Assembly (NCBI GenBank): GCA_963828165.1
Contig: CAWHDR010000001.1
Span: 320,001 to 384,000 of the forward strand
Length of the DNA: 64,000 nt
Source of the DNA: an uncultured Chloroflexia bacterium
Lineage (GTDB): Bacteria; Chloroflexota; Limnocylindria; Limnocylindrales; CSP1-4
Direction: 5' to 3'
This document shows positions 8,375 to 18,729 of this stretch, one piece after another (the first letter of the stretch is position 1; every line of letters begins with the position of its first letter). The translations under genes and the position numbers were made by a program. The notes under the pieces were generated by a model that worked only from the letters and a program-made list of their open reading frames with translations, made no database searches and was not told where the DNA came from.

Positions 8375-9103
8375 GTGCCGGATCGCGACGCGACCCTGGA
8401 GGTCCTGCGCGATGGCGCCATCTCGATCGTCGGGCGCGTCATCGGCTCGAGCAACAACGCGCTCTTCGTGACGGTCGCCTGCCCGGAACCCGGGCCGCTC
8501 GAGCCGCTCGCCGCCATCTACAAGCCCACGGCGGGCGAGCGCCCGCTCGACGACTTTCCGGATGGGACCCTCACACGCCGAGAGGTCGCCGCGTGGCAGG
8601 TCTCGGAGTCGAGCGGCTGGGACATCGTCCCGCCGACGGTGCTGCGTGACGGGCCGTTCGGCGAGGGCATGGTCCAGGCGTACGTGGAGCCCGATCCCAC
8701 GGTCGACGTCGTGGAGCTGATCACGTCCGCGGACCCGCGCCTGCGGCGGATGGCCGTGCTCGATGCCGCGATCAACAATACCGATCGCAAGGGCGGTCAC
8801 ATCCTGCCGGTGGACGGCGGCCGGCACATCCACGGCGTGGATCACGGCGTGTGCTTCTCGCCCGTGCCGAAGCTGCGGACGGTGCTGTGGGCGTGGCGCG
8901 GCCAGGAACTGGCGCCCGATGAGATCGATGGTCTCCGGCGCGTCCGAGACGACCTCGATGGGCAGCTCGGGGTGACGCTACGAGCGTTGCTGGGACGGAC
9001 CGACCTACGGGCCACGGTCCGGCGCGTGGATTCGTTACTGAAGAGCGGGCGCTTTCCGCTCCCCTCGCCGACGTGGCCGGCGATCCCCTGGCCGCCGTTC
9101 TAG
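8375..9103 (+). CDS. SCO1664 family protein (PI3/4-kinase-like fold)
   Basis: IYKP..GERPL.DFPDGTL..REVAA, VPPTVLRDGPFGEGMVQ, INNTDRKGGH, GVDHGVCF, KLRTVLW, PAIPWPPF. True start may be leaderless ATG 8305 (TAGACT at 8293-8298) if an indel lies between. Confidence 0.9.
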   Translation: MPDRDATLEVLRDGAISIVGRVIGSSNNALFVTVACPEPGPLEPLAAIYKPTAGERPLDDFPDGTLTRREVAAWQVSESSGWDIVPPTVLRDGPFGEGMVQAYVEPDPTVDVVELITSADPRLRRMAVLDAAINNTDRKGGHILPVDGGRHIHGVDHGVCFSPVPKLRTVLWAWRGQELAPDEIDGLRRVRDDLDGQLGVTLRALLGRTDLRATVRRVDSLLKSGRFPLPSPTWPAIPWPPF

Positions 9104-9117
9104 CACCGGACATACGT

Positions 9118-9145
9118 CGGCGGGGTCCGTTTCCGGACCCCGCCG
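9118..9145. terminator. Hairpin terminator between convergent genes
   Basis: Perfect 12-bp stem CGGCGGGGTCCG-TTTC-CGGACCCCGCCG. Confidence 0.75.
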
Positions 9146-9162
9146 CTCGAGCTTCGTACGGG

Positions 9163-9642
9163 CTAGGCTCGCCCGAACGCCGCCTTGATGCCGGGCTGCA
9201 TCAGGTAGTACAGGATGATGGCCGAGATGGCGATGCCGATGATCTGGCCGGAGATGTCCCCGCCGCCGACGATCGTCAGGACCGCAAGCCCGAGGCTGAT
9301 CAGCTGCAGCACGACGCCGAGCATCCATGCCCACGGCTGCAGGGTCCAAGCGCCGTAGGCGAACGCCAGGTTGGCGATCCCTGAGACGAGCAGCAGGAGG
9401 CCGAAGATCGCCCCCATGCCGAAGAGGGCGGCCTGCCCGGTCGAGGCCGCGCCGATGCCACCGAGCCCCACCAGGCCGATGCCCGCGATGATGCTCAGGA
9501 CGCCGCCGATCGCGGAAAGGACCGCGAGGATCGTGATCCCCGTCGGGCGCGCCGCGCTGGATGTCGTCGCCGGTACCGGCGGCGGTGCCGATGGCGGTGC
9601 CGATGGCGGTGCCGGCGGCGGGGTGATGGTCGGTTCAGTCAT
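9163..9642 (-). CDS. Small polytopic membrane protein (4 TM), unknown function
   Basis: RPTGITILAVL start of TM1, four hydrophobic helices, ends ILYYL.QP.IKAAFG. SD GGGAGG upstream of ATG 9642. Confidence 0.75.
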   Translation of the reverse strand: MTEPTITPPPAPPSAPPSAPPPVPATTSSAARPTGITILAVLSAIGGVLSIIAGIGLVGLGGIGAASTGQAALFGMGAIFGLLLLVSGIANLAFAYGAWTLQPWAWMLGVVLQLISLGLAVLTIVGGGDISGQIIGIAISAIILYYLMQPGIKAAFGRA

Positions 9643-9841
9643 CTGGTGCTGTGCCTCCCTCATACGTATCCGACCCGCATCCGAAACGAATGCGATGACG
9701 GCATCCTAGCCCCCCGGACCGGTGTGGCAAGGGCTATTTTCGCGGGCCGTTCGACCCGACGCACCACGAGACGCGGCTCAGGGACAGCCGGAGATCCGTC
9801 GGTGGAGGCCCAGTGCAGCGCGGGGCCTTACGATCGGGGCG

Positions 9842-11921
9842 ATGCTCACCATCGACGCGGAGGCGCTTCTGGCCGACCTGGATCCCGCCCAGCGCGAGGC
9901 GGTCACCACGGTCCGCGGACCGCTGTGCATCCTGGCCGGGGCCGGCACGGGCAAGACCCGCGTGATCACACGGCGGGTCGCGTTTGCCCTGGCGACCGAC
10001 GCCGTCCGGCCGTCCGACGTCCTGGTCGTGACGTTCACGGACAAGGCCGCGACGGAGATGCGCGACCGCCTGGCGGCGGCGGGGCGGCGAGGCGTCTCGG
10101 CGTTCACGTTCCATGCGGCGGCCCTGCGTCAACTGCGCCATTTCTGGCCGCGGATCCACGACCGCGACCTGCCGGGAGTCCTCTCCTCGAAGGCGTCGCT
10201 GCTCGTGCCGCTGGCGCGATCGTTGCCCGGCGGCTACCGATACCTGGCCGTACGGGACCTCGCAGGCGAGATCGAGTGGGCGAAGGCACGCCGCATCGCA
10301 CCCGCGGCCTACGCCGATGGCGTCGTCGCGCAGCGGCACGACGGCCCGCTGCCGCCGGACCTCATGGCTCGGTTCTACCGGGACTACGAGACCGCGCGCG
10401 ACCGGGCGGGACTCATCGATTTCGAGGACATGCTGGCGATGACCGTGGAGTTGATCGAAGGCGACGAGGCGGTCGCGGACGAGGTCCGCTCGCGCTACCG
10501 ATGGTTCTCGGTCGACGAGTACCAGGACACGAACCCGCTCCAGCAGGCGCTGCTCGACGCCTGGCTCGGGGGTCGCGATGACCTCGCCGTCGTCGGCGAC
10601 GAGGACCAGACGATCTACACGTTCACCGGCGCCACGAGCGACTACCTGACTGGGTTCTCCGGTCGATACCCGGATGCTGCGATCGTGCGGCTGGAAAGCA
10701 ATTTCCGTTCGACGCCACAGGTGCTGAGCCTCGCGAACCGCGTGCTGGCCGCCGGACGCGCGGCAAACGACGAGCGTGCTCCGGGGGCGGCGCCGCGACC
10801 GGAGAAGCGGCTCGTACCGACGCTCGATGGTGGGCCGGCTCCGCACATCGCTGGCTTCGACACGGACGAGGCGGAGGTCGTCGGGATCACGGCCGCCATC
10901 CGGGCGCTCACCCGGAACGGCATCACCCACGGCGACATGGCGATCCTCGTCCGCACGAACGCCCAGTTGCCGGCCCTGGAAGCCGGCCTCGGGGCTGCGG
11001 GCATCCCGTTCCACGTCCGGGGAGAACGGTTCTTCGCGCGTCCGGAGGTCCGCCGGGCATTGCGTGTGGCCGCGACCCTGGACCGGCCGGCGGAGGCTCG
11101 GCGCGTCGCGGAGTCGTCCGAGGCCATGACCGACGCGCTCCCCGCCAGGTTGGCCGAGGCGTTCGAGCACGAGCTCGGTGTCCGACGCGATGCCGTGCCG
11201 GATGGCGATGCCGCGCGCGAACGGCACGCGGCGGTCGTGACGCTCCTCGAGCTCGCGGAGGCGCTCGTGGCCGCGGATCCGGGCACGGACACGGCCGGCT
11301 TCCTCGCCGAGGTCGAGCGTCGAGCGGCGGCGGAGTCGGGTGGGGCGATCAACGGCGTCGAGCTGCTGACCTACCACCGCGCCAAGGGGCTGGAGTGGGA
11401 GGCCGTCTTCCTGCCCGCGCTCGAAGAGGGCACGCTTCCGATCCGCCAGGCGAGCGAGCCCGGGGAGCTCGCCGAGGAACGGCGACTGCTCTATGTCGGA
11501 ATCACGAGGGCGCGCCGGCACCTGTGGCTCTCGTGGGCGCGCCGCCGAACGGCCGCGACCGGACGCGAGGGTCGGCGCAGCCGGTCGCGCTTCCTCGACG
11601 GTCTCATCCCGCAACCGGCCCGGACGGTCAGGGTCGTGCCGTCCGAGACAGCGCCAGCGGGTCGCGGCAGGCGACCGCTCGCCGCTCTCCAACGCGCTTC
11701 GTGCCTGGCGCACCGAGCGCGCGCGTGCGGACGCGATCGCCCCCTTCATCGTGTTCCATGACAGCACGATCGAGGCGATCGCCGACCGCCGACCGGCCAC
11801 GATCCCGGAACTTCGACGCGTGCCGGGCGTCGGGCCGATGAAGCTCGATCGCTATGGAGAAGAGATCATCGCGATCGTCGCGCGCACGATCGATCCGACC
11901 CCGGACGATGGTCCCCATTGA
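9842..11921 (+). CDS. uvrD2: ATP-dependent DNA helicase UvrD2-like with C-terminal HRDC domain; one frameshift at ~11640-11670
   Basis: AGAGTGKT, TFTDKAA, VDEYQD, VGDEDQTIY, TYHRAKGLEW, LLYVGITRA. The HRDC (ALRAWR..RAR...APFIVFHDSTI..IA...P....L..VPGVGP.KL.RYG) continues in another frame to 11921. TACGAT -10 at 9829-9834. Confidence 0.88.
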
Positions 11922-11946
11922 CCGAACGCCCGTTCGAAGGTATCGT
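11918..11946 (+). promoter_or_regulatory. Sigma70-type promoter TTGACC-N17-TATCGT
   Basis: -35 at 11918-11923, 17-bp spacer, -10 at 11941-11946; ~185 nt upstream of ATG 12137. Confidence 0.65.
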
Positions 11947-12136
11947 TCACAAGTCACCGATCCGCAGCGACGGCTCCGGTCGAGCGCCTCGAACAACGGA
12001 CGCTCCCGCCCGCAGCGCGAATCACGAGACCGTTCCGGCCCCCATCTCGGGCTGTCCAGAGCGAAACCAACCATCGGCCGCGGCCCAGGACCAAACCACC
12101 TGTGGCGCGCCAGAAAGCAATACGAGTATCCAAACC

Positions 12137-12334
12137 ATGATGTCCCGTTCCACCACCACGACCTTTGCCGGTCGTTCCAGCTCCATGCGCCGCATGCGCC
12201 GCCGCGCGACCGCCGCCAACACCGGCTCGCGCATCTTCTGCGGCACCAACGGCTGCCCCAGCTTCCTCGAGGTCGATCCGACCTCCGGCGTCGCAACCTG
12301 CGCGATCTGCGGCTTCACCCGCCGCACCCACTGA
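12137..12334 (+). CDS. Small basic zinc-ribbon protein (65 aa)
   Basis: MMSRSTTTTFAGRSSSMRRMRRRATAANTGSRIFCGTNGCPSFLEVDPTSGVATCAICGFTRRTH. CxxxxC...CxxC motif, GC3-rich codons. Confidence 0.65.
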   Translation: MMSRSTTTTFAGRSSSMRRMRRRATAANTGSRIFCGTNGCPSFLEVDPTSGVATCAICGFTRRTH

Positions 12335-12400
12335 CCTAGCCGACGTCGCACCGGCCGGGATGGCCGACACGGCAGTCCGCCGAGGCGCCATCCTGCCGGG

Positions 12401-13765
12401 ATGACGTCCCTCCGCGCCCTCGATCGCGCGCGTCTCGCGAGCCACATGGCCGACGAGACCGCGCGCTTCGTCGCCGAACATCCGCGCTCTCGACAGCTGC
12501 ACGAGCGCGCCAAGGCGTCGCTCTTGGACGGCGTCCCGATGAACTGGATGGTCCGCTGGGCGGGCCCGTTCCCCCTGTTCGTCGAGGAAGCCTCCGGTGC
12601 CCGGTTCACCTGCGTCGACGGACACGAGTACGTGGATCTTTGCCTCGGCGACACCGGGGCCATGGCCGGCCATGGCCCCGGGCCGACCGTCGCCGCCGTC
12701 GAGCGCCAGCTCCGCCGCGGCATCACGCACATGCTCCCGACCGAGGACGCCATCTGGTCCGGCGAGGAGCTCCAGCGGCGGTTCGGCCTGCCGTCCTGGC
12801 AGTTCACGCTGTCGGCAACGGATGCGAACCGCTTCGCGATCCGCCTCGCGCGCCACATCACCGGCCGCAGCAAGGTGGTCGTCCACGACCAGTGCTACCA
12901 CGGTTCCGTCGACGAAACGTTCGCGGTCCTCGACGGGGATGGTCACGTGCGACCCAGGGAGGGCCTGATCGGGCCACCGGTCGACCTTGCCGAGACGACC
13001 CGGGTCGTGGGATTCAACGACGTCGACGGCCTTGCCCGTGCGCTCGCCGACCGAGACGTCGCCGCGGTCCTGATCGAGCCCGCCCTGACGAATATCGGCA
13101 TCGTCCTGCCCGAGCCCGGTTATCACGACGCGGTCCGTGACCTCACGCGACAGACCGACACGATCCTCATCATCGATGAGACCCACACCATCTGCGCCGG
13201 CCCGGCCGGCGCCACCGGAGCCTGGGGTCTCGAGCCCGACATGCTCGTGATCGGCAAGACGATCGGGGGCGGTATCCCGGCCGCGGCGTACGGCATGAGC
13301 CGCGACATCGCCGACCGGGTGAGCGCCTCGATCCCGGAGAAGGACGCCGACGTCGGCGGGATCGGCGGCACGCTGGCGGGCTACGCGCTATCTCTTGCCG
13401 CCGTGCGGGCGACCCTGGGCGAGGTCCTGACCGACGCAGCGTTCGAGCGGATGCTCCCACTCGGCGAGCGCTGGGCCGATGGCGTCGAGGGCGTGATCCG
13501 TGCGCACGGGGTGCCGTGGCACGTGACGCGACTCGGCGCCCGGGCGGAGTACCACTTCATGCCGGAGCCGCCGCGCACCGGCGCGGAGCAGGCCGCGAAT
13601 GCCGATCCCGAGCTCGAGCGCTTCCTGCACCTCTGGGCGATGAACCGTCGCGTCCTCATGACGCCGTTCCACAACATGGCCCTGATGTCGCCGGTCACGA
13701 TCGAGGCCGACGTCGATCGCCACACCGAGGTGTTCGAGGCCGCCGTCGTCGCGCTGTTCGACTGA
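12401..13765 (+). CDS. Class III PLP aminotransferase (GSA-aminomutase-like paralog)
   Basis: DVDG-like CVDGHEYVDLCLG, SATDAN, YHG, LIIDETHT, PLP lysine in GKTIGGGIP, GGTLAG. Confidence 0.88.
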   Translation: MTSLRALDRARLASHMADETARFVAEHPRSRQLHERAKASLLDGVPMNWMVRWAGPFPLFVEEASGARFTCVDGHEYVDLCLGDTGAMAGHGPGPTVAAVERQLRRGITHMLPTEDAIWSGEELQRRFGLPSWQFTLSATDANRFAIRLARHITGRSKVVVHDQCYHGSVDETFAVLDGDGHVRPREGLIGPPVDLAETTRVVGFNDVDGLARALADRDVAAVLIEPALTNIGIVLPEPGYHDAVRDLTRQTDTILIIDETHTICAGPAGATGAWGLEPDMLVIGKTIGGGIPAAAYGMSRDIADRVSASIPEKDADVGGIGGTLAGYALSLAAVRATLGEVLTDAAFERMLPLGERWADGVEGVIRAHGVPWHVTRLGARAEYHFMPEPPRTGAEQAANADPELERFLHLWAMNRRVLMTPFHNMALMSPVTIEADVDRHTEVFEAAVVALFD

Positions 13766-13838
13766 CGCACGAGGCGCCCTGGCGCCGAGCCCACCCCGTG
13801 ACAGGCAAGCTGACGCTACCCGCGACTATCGTTGACGC

Positions 13839-16800
13839 GTGCAGCTGATCGATGGGCGACCCGTCTTCGCCGCGACGGACCTCGTCGCCTACCTGGCCTG
13901 CGAGCATCTCACCCAGCTCGAACGAGCCGCCCTGGCCGACCTCGTCAAGCGGCCGATGCGCGACGATCCCGAGCTCGACGTCATCCGCAAGCGTGGCTTC
14001 CAGCACGAGAAGCGCTACCTCGCCGAGCTGCAGGCGGCGGGACGCACGTCGGTCGAGATCCAACCGGACGGGTCGATCGAGGATCAGGGCGACCGATTGC
14101 GAGCCGCAGCGGCCGAAACCGTCGCCGCGATGGCCGCCGGTGCCGACGTCATCTACCAGGCGACGTTCTTCGATGGGGAGTGGCGCGGCCACGCCGACTT
14201 CCTGTTGCGGGTGGACGACCCTGATCGTCCGTCGGTCTGGGGCGCGTACCACTACGAGGTCGCCGACACGAAGCTCGCCCGGCACGTCAAGGCGAGCGCG
14301 GTCCTGCAGATCTGCTCGTACATCGACCAGCTGGAACGGATCCAGGGCGTCCGCCCGGAGTGGCTGCACGTCGCGCTCGGTGGCAGCGCCCGGGCCGTGG
14401 AGCGGCTGCGCGTCGACGACTACATGGCGTACTACCGGAGCGCCCGCGACCGATTCCTGGCCACGATGGCGGACGAGTGCGGGCCACGTATCCACCGGCC
14501 GAGACATATCCCGAGCCCGTCGAGCACTGCGACGTCTGCCGCTGGGCGGCCGAATGCGTCCAGCGCCGCCGGGACGACGACCACCTGAGCCTGGTCGCAG
14601 GCATCAGCGGACGCCAGCGTCGGGCGCTGCAGCATCGCGATGTCAGGACGCTGGAGGCGCTCGGCAAGCTGACCGTCCCGATGGAACCGCCGCTCGAGGG
14701 GACCAGCCTGGGTGCGTTGACGCGCGTCCGGGAGCAGGCCCGGATCCAGCTCGAGGGGCGCCGATCCGGCCCGCGCTACGAGCTGTTCGTTCCCGACGAT
14801 GGACTGCCCCTCGAGGTGGAGCGAGGGCTGGCGAGCCTGCCGGAGCCGTCGCGGGGCGACCTGTTCTTCGATATCGAGGGCGATCCGTACGCCTTCGACG
14901 ACGGGCTCGACTACCTGTTCGGCGTGCTCGATGTCGACGGAACGTTCGTGGCGATCTGGTCACGTGACGAGACCGGCGAGTTCACGCTCGATGCCGAGCG
15001 GCGGGCCTTCGAGGAACTGATGGACCTCTTCATGGCCCGTCTCGCAGCCCATCCGGACATGCACATCTACCACTACGCCCCGTACGAGCCGACCGCGCTG
15101 AAGCGGCTGATGGGCCGCTACGGAACGCGCGAGGAGGAGGTGGACCAGCTCCTGCGCAAGGGCGTCATGGTCGACCTGCTGCGGGCGGTCCGGCAGTCGT
15201 TGCGCGCCTCGGTCGAGAGCTACTCGATCAAGAAGATGGAGCAGTTCTACGGCTTCGAGCGCGAGATCGACCTGCGCGACGCCGGAAGCAGCATCGTCGC
15301 ATTCGAGCAATGGCTGGAACTCGGTGAAGGCGAGCGTCCCGAGTCGACCCATCTCGAGCGGATCGAGCGCTACAACCGCGACGACGTCGTGAGCAACGTC
15401 CGATTGCGCGACTGGCTGGAGGATCGTCGGGTCGAGCTGGCCGAGCGGACGGGACTCGATGTCCCAAGACCGGTCGAGCGCGAGGCCCAGGTCTCGGATG
15501 AGCTCTCCGCCACCGCGGCGCGCGTCGCCGCCCTCGTCGAGCGGCTCGCCGATCCGGCGGAGGTTCCGACCGATCCCATCGATCGATCCCCCGAACAGCA
15601 AGGACGTTGGTTGCTGGCCCAGATCCTCGGTTGGCACCGGCGCGAGGACAAGGCGATGTGGTGGGAGTTCCACCGGCTGCTCGATCTCATGCCGGAGCAG
15701 CTCGTGGACGAGGACGAACCCATCGGCCTGCTGAACCCGGTCGGCCCGGTCGACGAAGAGCGGAAGGGCAAGCAAACCTGGCGATACGCGTTCCCTGCCC
15801 AGGATTTCGACGTCTGGCGAGGAGAGGCCTTCGACCCGGACCGAAAGGCGGAGCGCCCCGGCGACAGTCCCTGGGATTGGGTGGCCGGAGAGGTCATGGC
15901 GATCGATGCGGCCGCTCTCACGGTGGATATCCGGCGGCAGGTGGAGGCGCCCCATGCGCGCGCCATCGTGCCGCTGCCCTGGTTCCGGGCGGCGGCCCAC
16001 CAGCAACGCCTCATCGAGATCGGCGAGTGGGTCGCAGACCACGGAATCGACGCCGCGGGGCCGCATCGTGCGGCGCGCGACCTCCTGTTGGGTCGACCCC
16101 CGCGGGCCGGGCAGGCGCCCGGAGCCGCGCTGGCCACGGACGACGAATCGGACCTCGCGGCGGCGCGGCGCCTCGTGACGCAGCTGGACCAGACGGTGCT
16201 GGCCATCCAGGGACCACCGGGCTCGGGCAAGACGTACAGCGGCGCCCGGATGATCTGCACGCTGCTCGCCGGCGGCAGGCGCGTCGGTATCACCGGCACG
16301 AGCCACAAGGTCATCTGCAACCTGCTCCGGGCGGTGCTTGCGGCGGCGGCGAAGGAGGGTGTCGATGTCCGGCCGGTCCAGCACGGGCCGGCGGATCAGG
16401 TGCTCGCGGACGAGCGGGTCGTGCGAGCCAAGAACGCGGACGACGTGCGCGCCCGATTGGACGATGGCCGCGCGAATCTCGCCGCCGGGACGTCATGGTT
16501 GTGGGCTTCCTCGAAATTGGTCGGCGGCGTCGACGTCCTGTTCGTGGACGAGGCCGGCCAGATCTCGCTGGCCAATGTCCTCGCGATGTCCCAGGCGCCT
16601 GACAGCGTCGTCCTCCTGGGCGATCCGCAACAGCTCGATCAGCCGCTCAAGGGTTCGCATCCACCCGGGGCGGATCGCTCGGCGCTCGGCCACGTCCTCG
16701 GCGATCACGCCACGATCCCCGGCGAGCGTGGGCTGTTCCTCGAAACCACGTGGCGCCTGCACCCGACCTTGTGCGCCTTCACGTCCGAGGCCTTCTATGA

Positions 16801-17413
16801 CGACCGCCTGGAATCGGAGCCGCACCTGCACATCCAGCGCCTTGATGCGACCGACTCCGCGCTCGACGGTGTCGGACCTCGAATGGTCGCTCATCCGACG
16901 ACGGGCGCCGACAACGAGTCGGCTGAGGAAGCCGAGGTCGTCGCCCGCCTGGCTCGCTCCCTGGTAGAGAACGGCGCCACGTGGGTGGACGAGCACGGCG
17001 TCGCGCGCCGCGTGGGCTGGGATGACGTGCTCATCGTCGCGCCGTACAACGCACAGGTCGGCGCCATCAAGCGGCGCCTGCCCAACGAAGCCCGGGTCGG
17101 GACGGTCGACAAGTTCCAGGGCCAGGAAGCGCCGATCAGCCTGTATTCCATGACGACGTCCAGCCCGGAGCTGGCGCCACGTGGGATGGACTTCCTCTAC
17201 AGCCGCAACCGGCTGAACGTGGCGACGTCGCGCGCCCGCTGCGTCGCCGTGGTCATCGCGTCGCCCGACCTGCTGCGCGTCCGGGCCCGAACGCCCGAGC
17301 AGATGCGTCTCGCGAATGCGTTCTGCCGGTTCGCGGAGCTCGCGTCCAGTCCGCCCGACGAGGCCCCTGCGCGGTCCTCGAACATGGAAGTCCTGACACT
17401 CGGCCTCGTCTGA
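13839..17413 (+). CDS. TM0106 family RecB-like nuclease / RNase H-like / SF1 (Upf1-DNA2-like) helicase; one frameshift at ~14480
   Basis: ATDL..YL.C.HL, G..HE, GHADFL, YEVADTKLA, QIC.Y, HCDVCRW...C, LFFDIEGDP, HY..YE, YS.KK.E, YNRDDV, QGPPGSGKT, VDEAGQ, GDPQQL, GTVDKFQGQE, RLNVATSRA. ORFs 13839..14588 and 14360..17413 join near 14480. Confidence 0.88.
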
Positions 17414-17438
17414 GTGACCGCCGGTATCATCGCGGACC

Positions 17439-18713
17439 ATGGCTGCTGACCTTGCGCCCAACGACCTCGAGCGCCTTCGCCGGCGGACGCTGCGGTCGCT
17501 GGTTGCGGGCGTTGCGCTCGGGAGCACCGGCCACATCGCTGCTGCCACGGTCGCGACGATCGTCGCCCAGGACATCGCCGGCAGCACGGCCTGGAGCGGG
17601 GCGCCGGGAGCGACGGTCGTGCTCGGCGCCGCGGCCGGTGCCGTCGTCCTGGCGCAGCTCATGGTTCGGTTCGGCCGACGAAACGGACTGGCGGCCGGGT
17701 ATGGGATGGGCGTCGCTGGCGCCTTCGTCGCCACCGCGTCCGTCGTCTTGGCCTCCCTCCCGCTCCTGCTCGTCGGAACGTTCCTGATCGGCTTCGGCAA
17801 CGCCTCCAACCAGCTGTCCCGTTACGTGGCGGCCGACTTGTTCCCGCCGGAGCGGCGTGCCTCGGGGCTGGGTACGGTCGTGTGGGGCGCGACGATCGGG
17901 GCGGTGATCGGACCCAACCTGGCGGCACCGGCGTCGGACGTGGCGAGCGGCCTCGGGCTGCCTGATCTCGCCGGCGCTTATCTCGTCCCGGTCGTCTTCG
18001 TGGGGATGGCCATGCTGCTCACGCTCGTGACCCTCCGCCCCGACCCGTACGCGCTCGCCGACCTGTCGTCGGTGCGCGATCGCGCCGACGGTGAGCGGAG
18101 CACGGCACTCGCCCTCAGGAGCGTCCTTCGCCGGCCGAACGTTCCGGTCGCGATGGTCGCGCTGGTGACGGGCATGGTCGTGATGGTGCTGATCATGACG
18201 ATGACGCCGCTGCACATGGCCCAACACGGCCACGACATCGCTGCGGTCGGACTCGTCCTCAGCGGGCACACCTTCGGGATGTACGGCCTGTCACCGATCT
18301 CCGGAAGGCTGACGGATCGTCTCGGGAGTGTGCCGGTGATCCTTGCCGGCCTGGCCACGTCAGCGCTCGCGGCGATCCTGGCCGCGGCGGCGCCGCCCGA
18401 GGGCGGCGTCCTGCTGTTCGTCGCGTTGTTCCTCCTCGGGTACGGCTGGAACCTCGGCTACGTGGCGGGCTCGGCGTTGCTGACCCAGGACCTGTCGCTC
18501 GCCGAACGGACGCGGTTGCAGGGCCTGACCGATGGTCTCATCTGGAGCTCCGCCGCAGCGGCGAGCCTCGGTTCGGGGGTGGTGGTCGCCTACGCAAGCT
18601 ACGCGACCCTTGGGCTGCTGGGTGCGGCCCTGGTGGTCGTGCCGGTGCTCCTCGTGCTTGCTCGCCGGACCGCCGTGAACGATCACGCGGCGGCGCCCGC
18701 CGCTGGCTCGTAG
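17439..18713 (+). CDS. MFS transporter
   Basis: About 12 TM helices, motif A-like RFGRRNG and GRLTDRLG, RYVAADL. Confidence 0.88.
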   Translation: MAADLAPNDLERLRRRTLRSLVAGVALGSTGHIAAATVATIVAQDIAGSTAWSGAPGATVVLGAAAGAVVLAQLMVRFGRRNGLAAGYGMGVAGAFVATASVVLASLPLLLVGTFLIGFGNASNQLSRYVAADLFPPERRASGLGTVVWGATIGAVIGPNLAAPASDVASGLGLPDLAGAYLVPVVFVGMAMLLTLVTLRPDPYALADLSSVRDRADGERSTALALRSVLRRPNVPVAMVALVTGMVVMVLIMTMTPLHMAQHGHDIAAVGLVLSGHTFGMYGLSPISGRLTDRLGSVPVILAGLATSALAAILAAAAPPEGGVLLFVALFLLGYGWNLGYVAGSALLTQDLSLAERTRLQGLTDGLIWSSAAAASLGSGVVVAYASYATLGLLGAALVVVPVLLVLARRTAVNDHAAAPAAGS

Positions 18714-18729
18714 CCAGGAGAACCTGCCC

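Noticed and set aside
11640-11680. Programmed frameshift producing UvrD2 with or without HRDC
   Set aside because: No slippery heptamer seen, and many similar breaks nearby point to assembly indels.
9734-11800. Long antisense ORFs (also 6681-8336 -, 28035-30344 -, 47261-49543 +, 51990-53561 -, 54220-56226 +)
   Set aside because: Shadow frames opposite well-supported genes. They are expected at high GC because stop codons are rare, and they have no recognisable motifs.
11953-12136. Known riboswitch (e.g. c-di-AMP, SAM, TPP, cobalamin) in the long leader
   Set aside because: I could not find the consensus motifs by eye; kept only as an unexplained long leader.
12401-13765. Calling the aminotransferase hemL
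   Set aside because: DETHT and other motifs differ from canonical HemL (DEVMTGFR), and no heme genes are nearby.
13839-14588. Cas4 / CRISPR adaptation gene
   Set aside because: The RecB-like domain is the N-terminus of a TM0106 nuclease-helicase; there is no cas1, cas2 or array.
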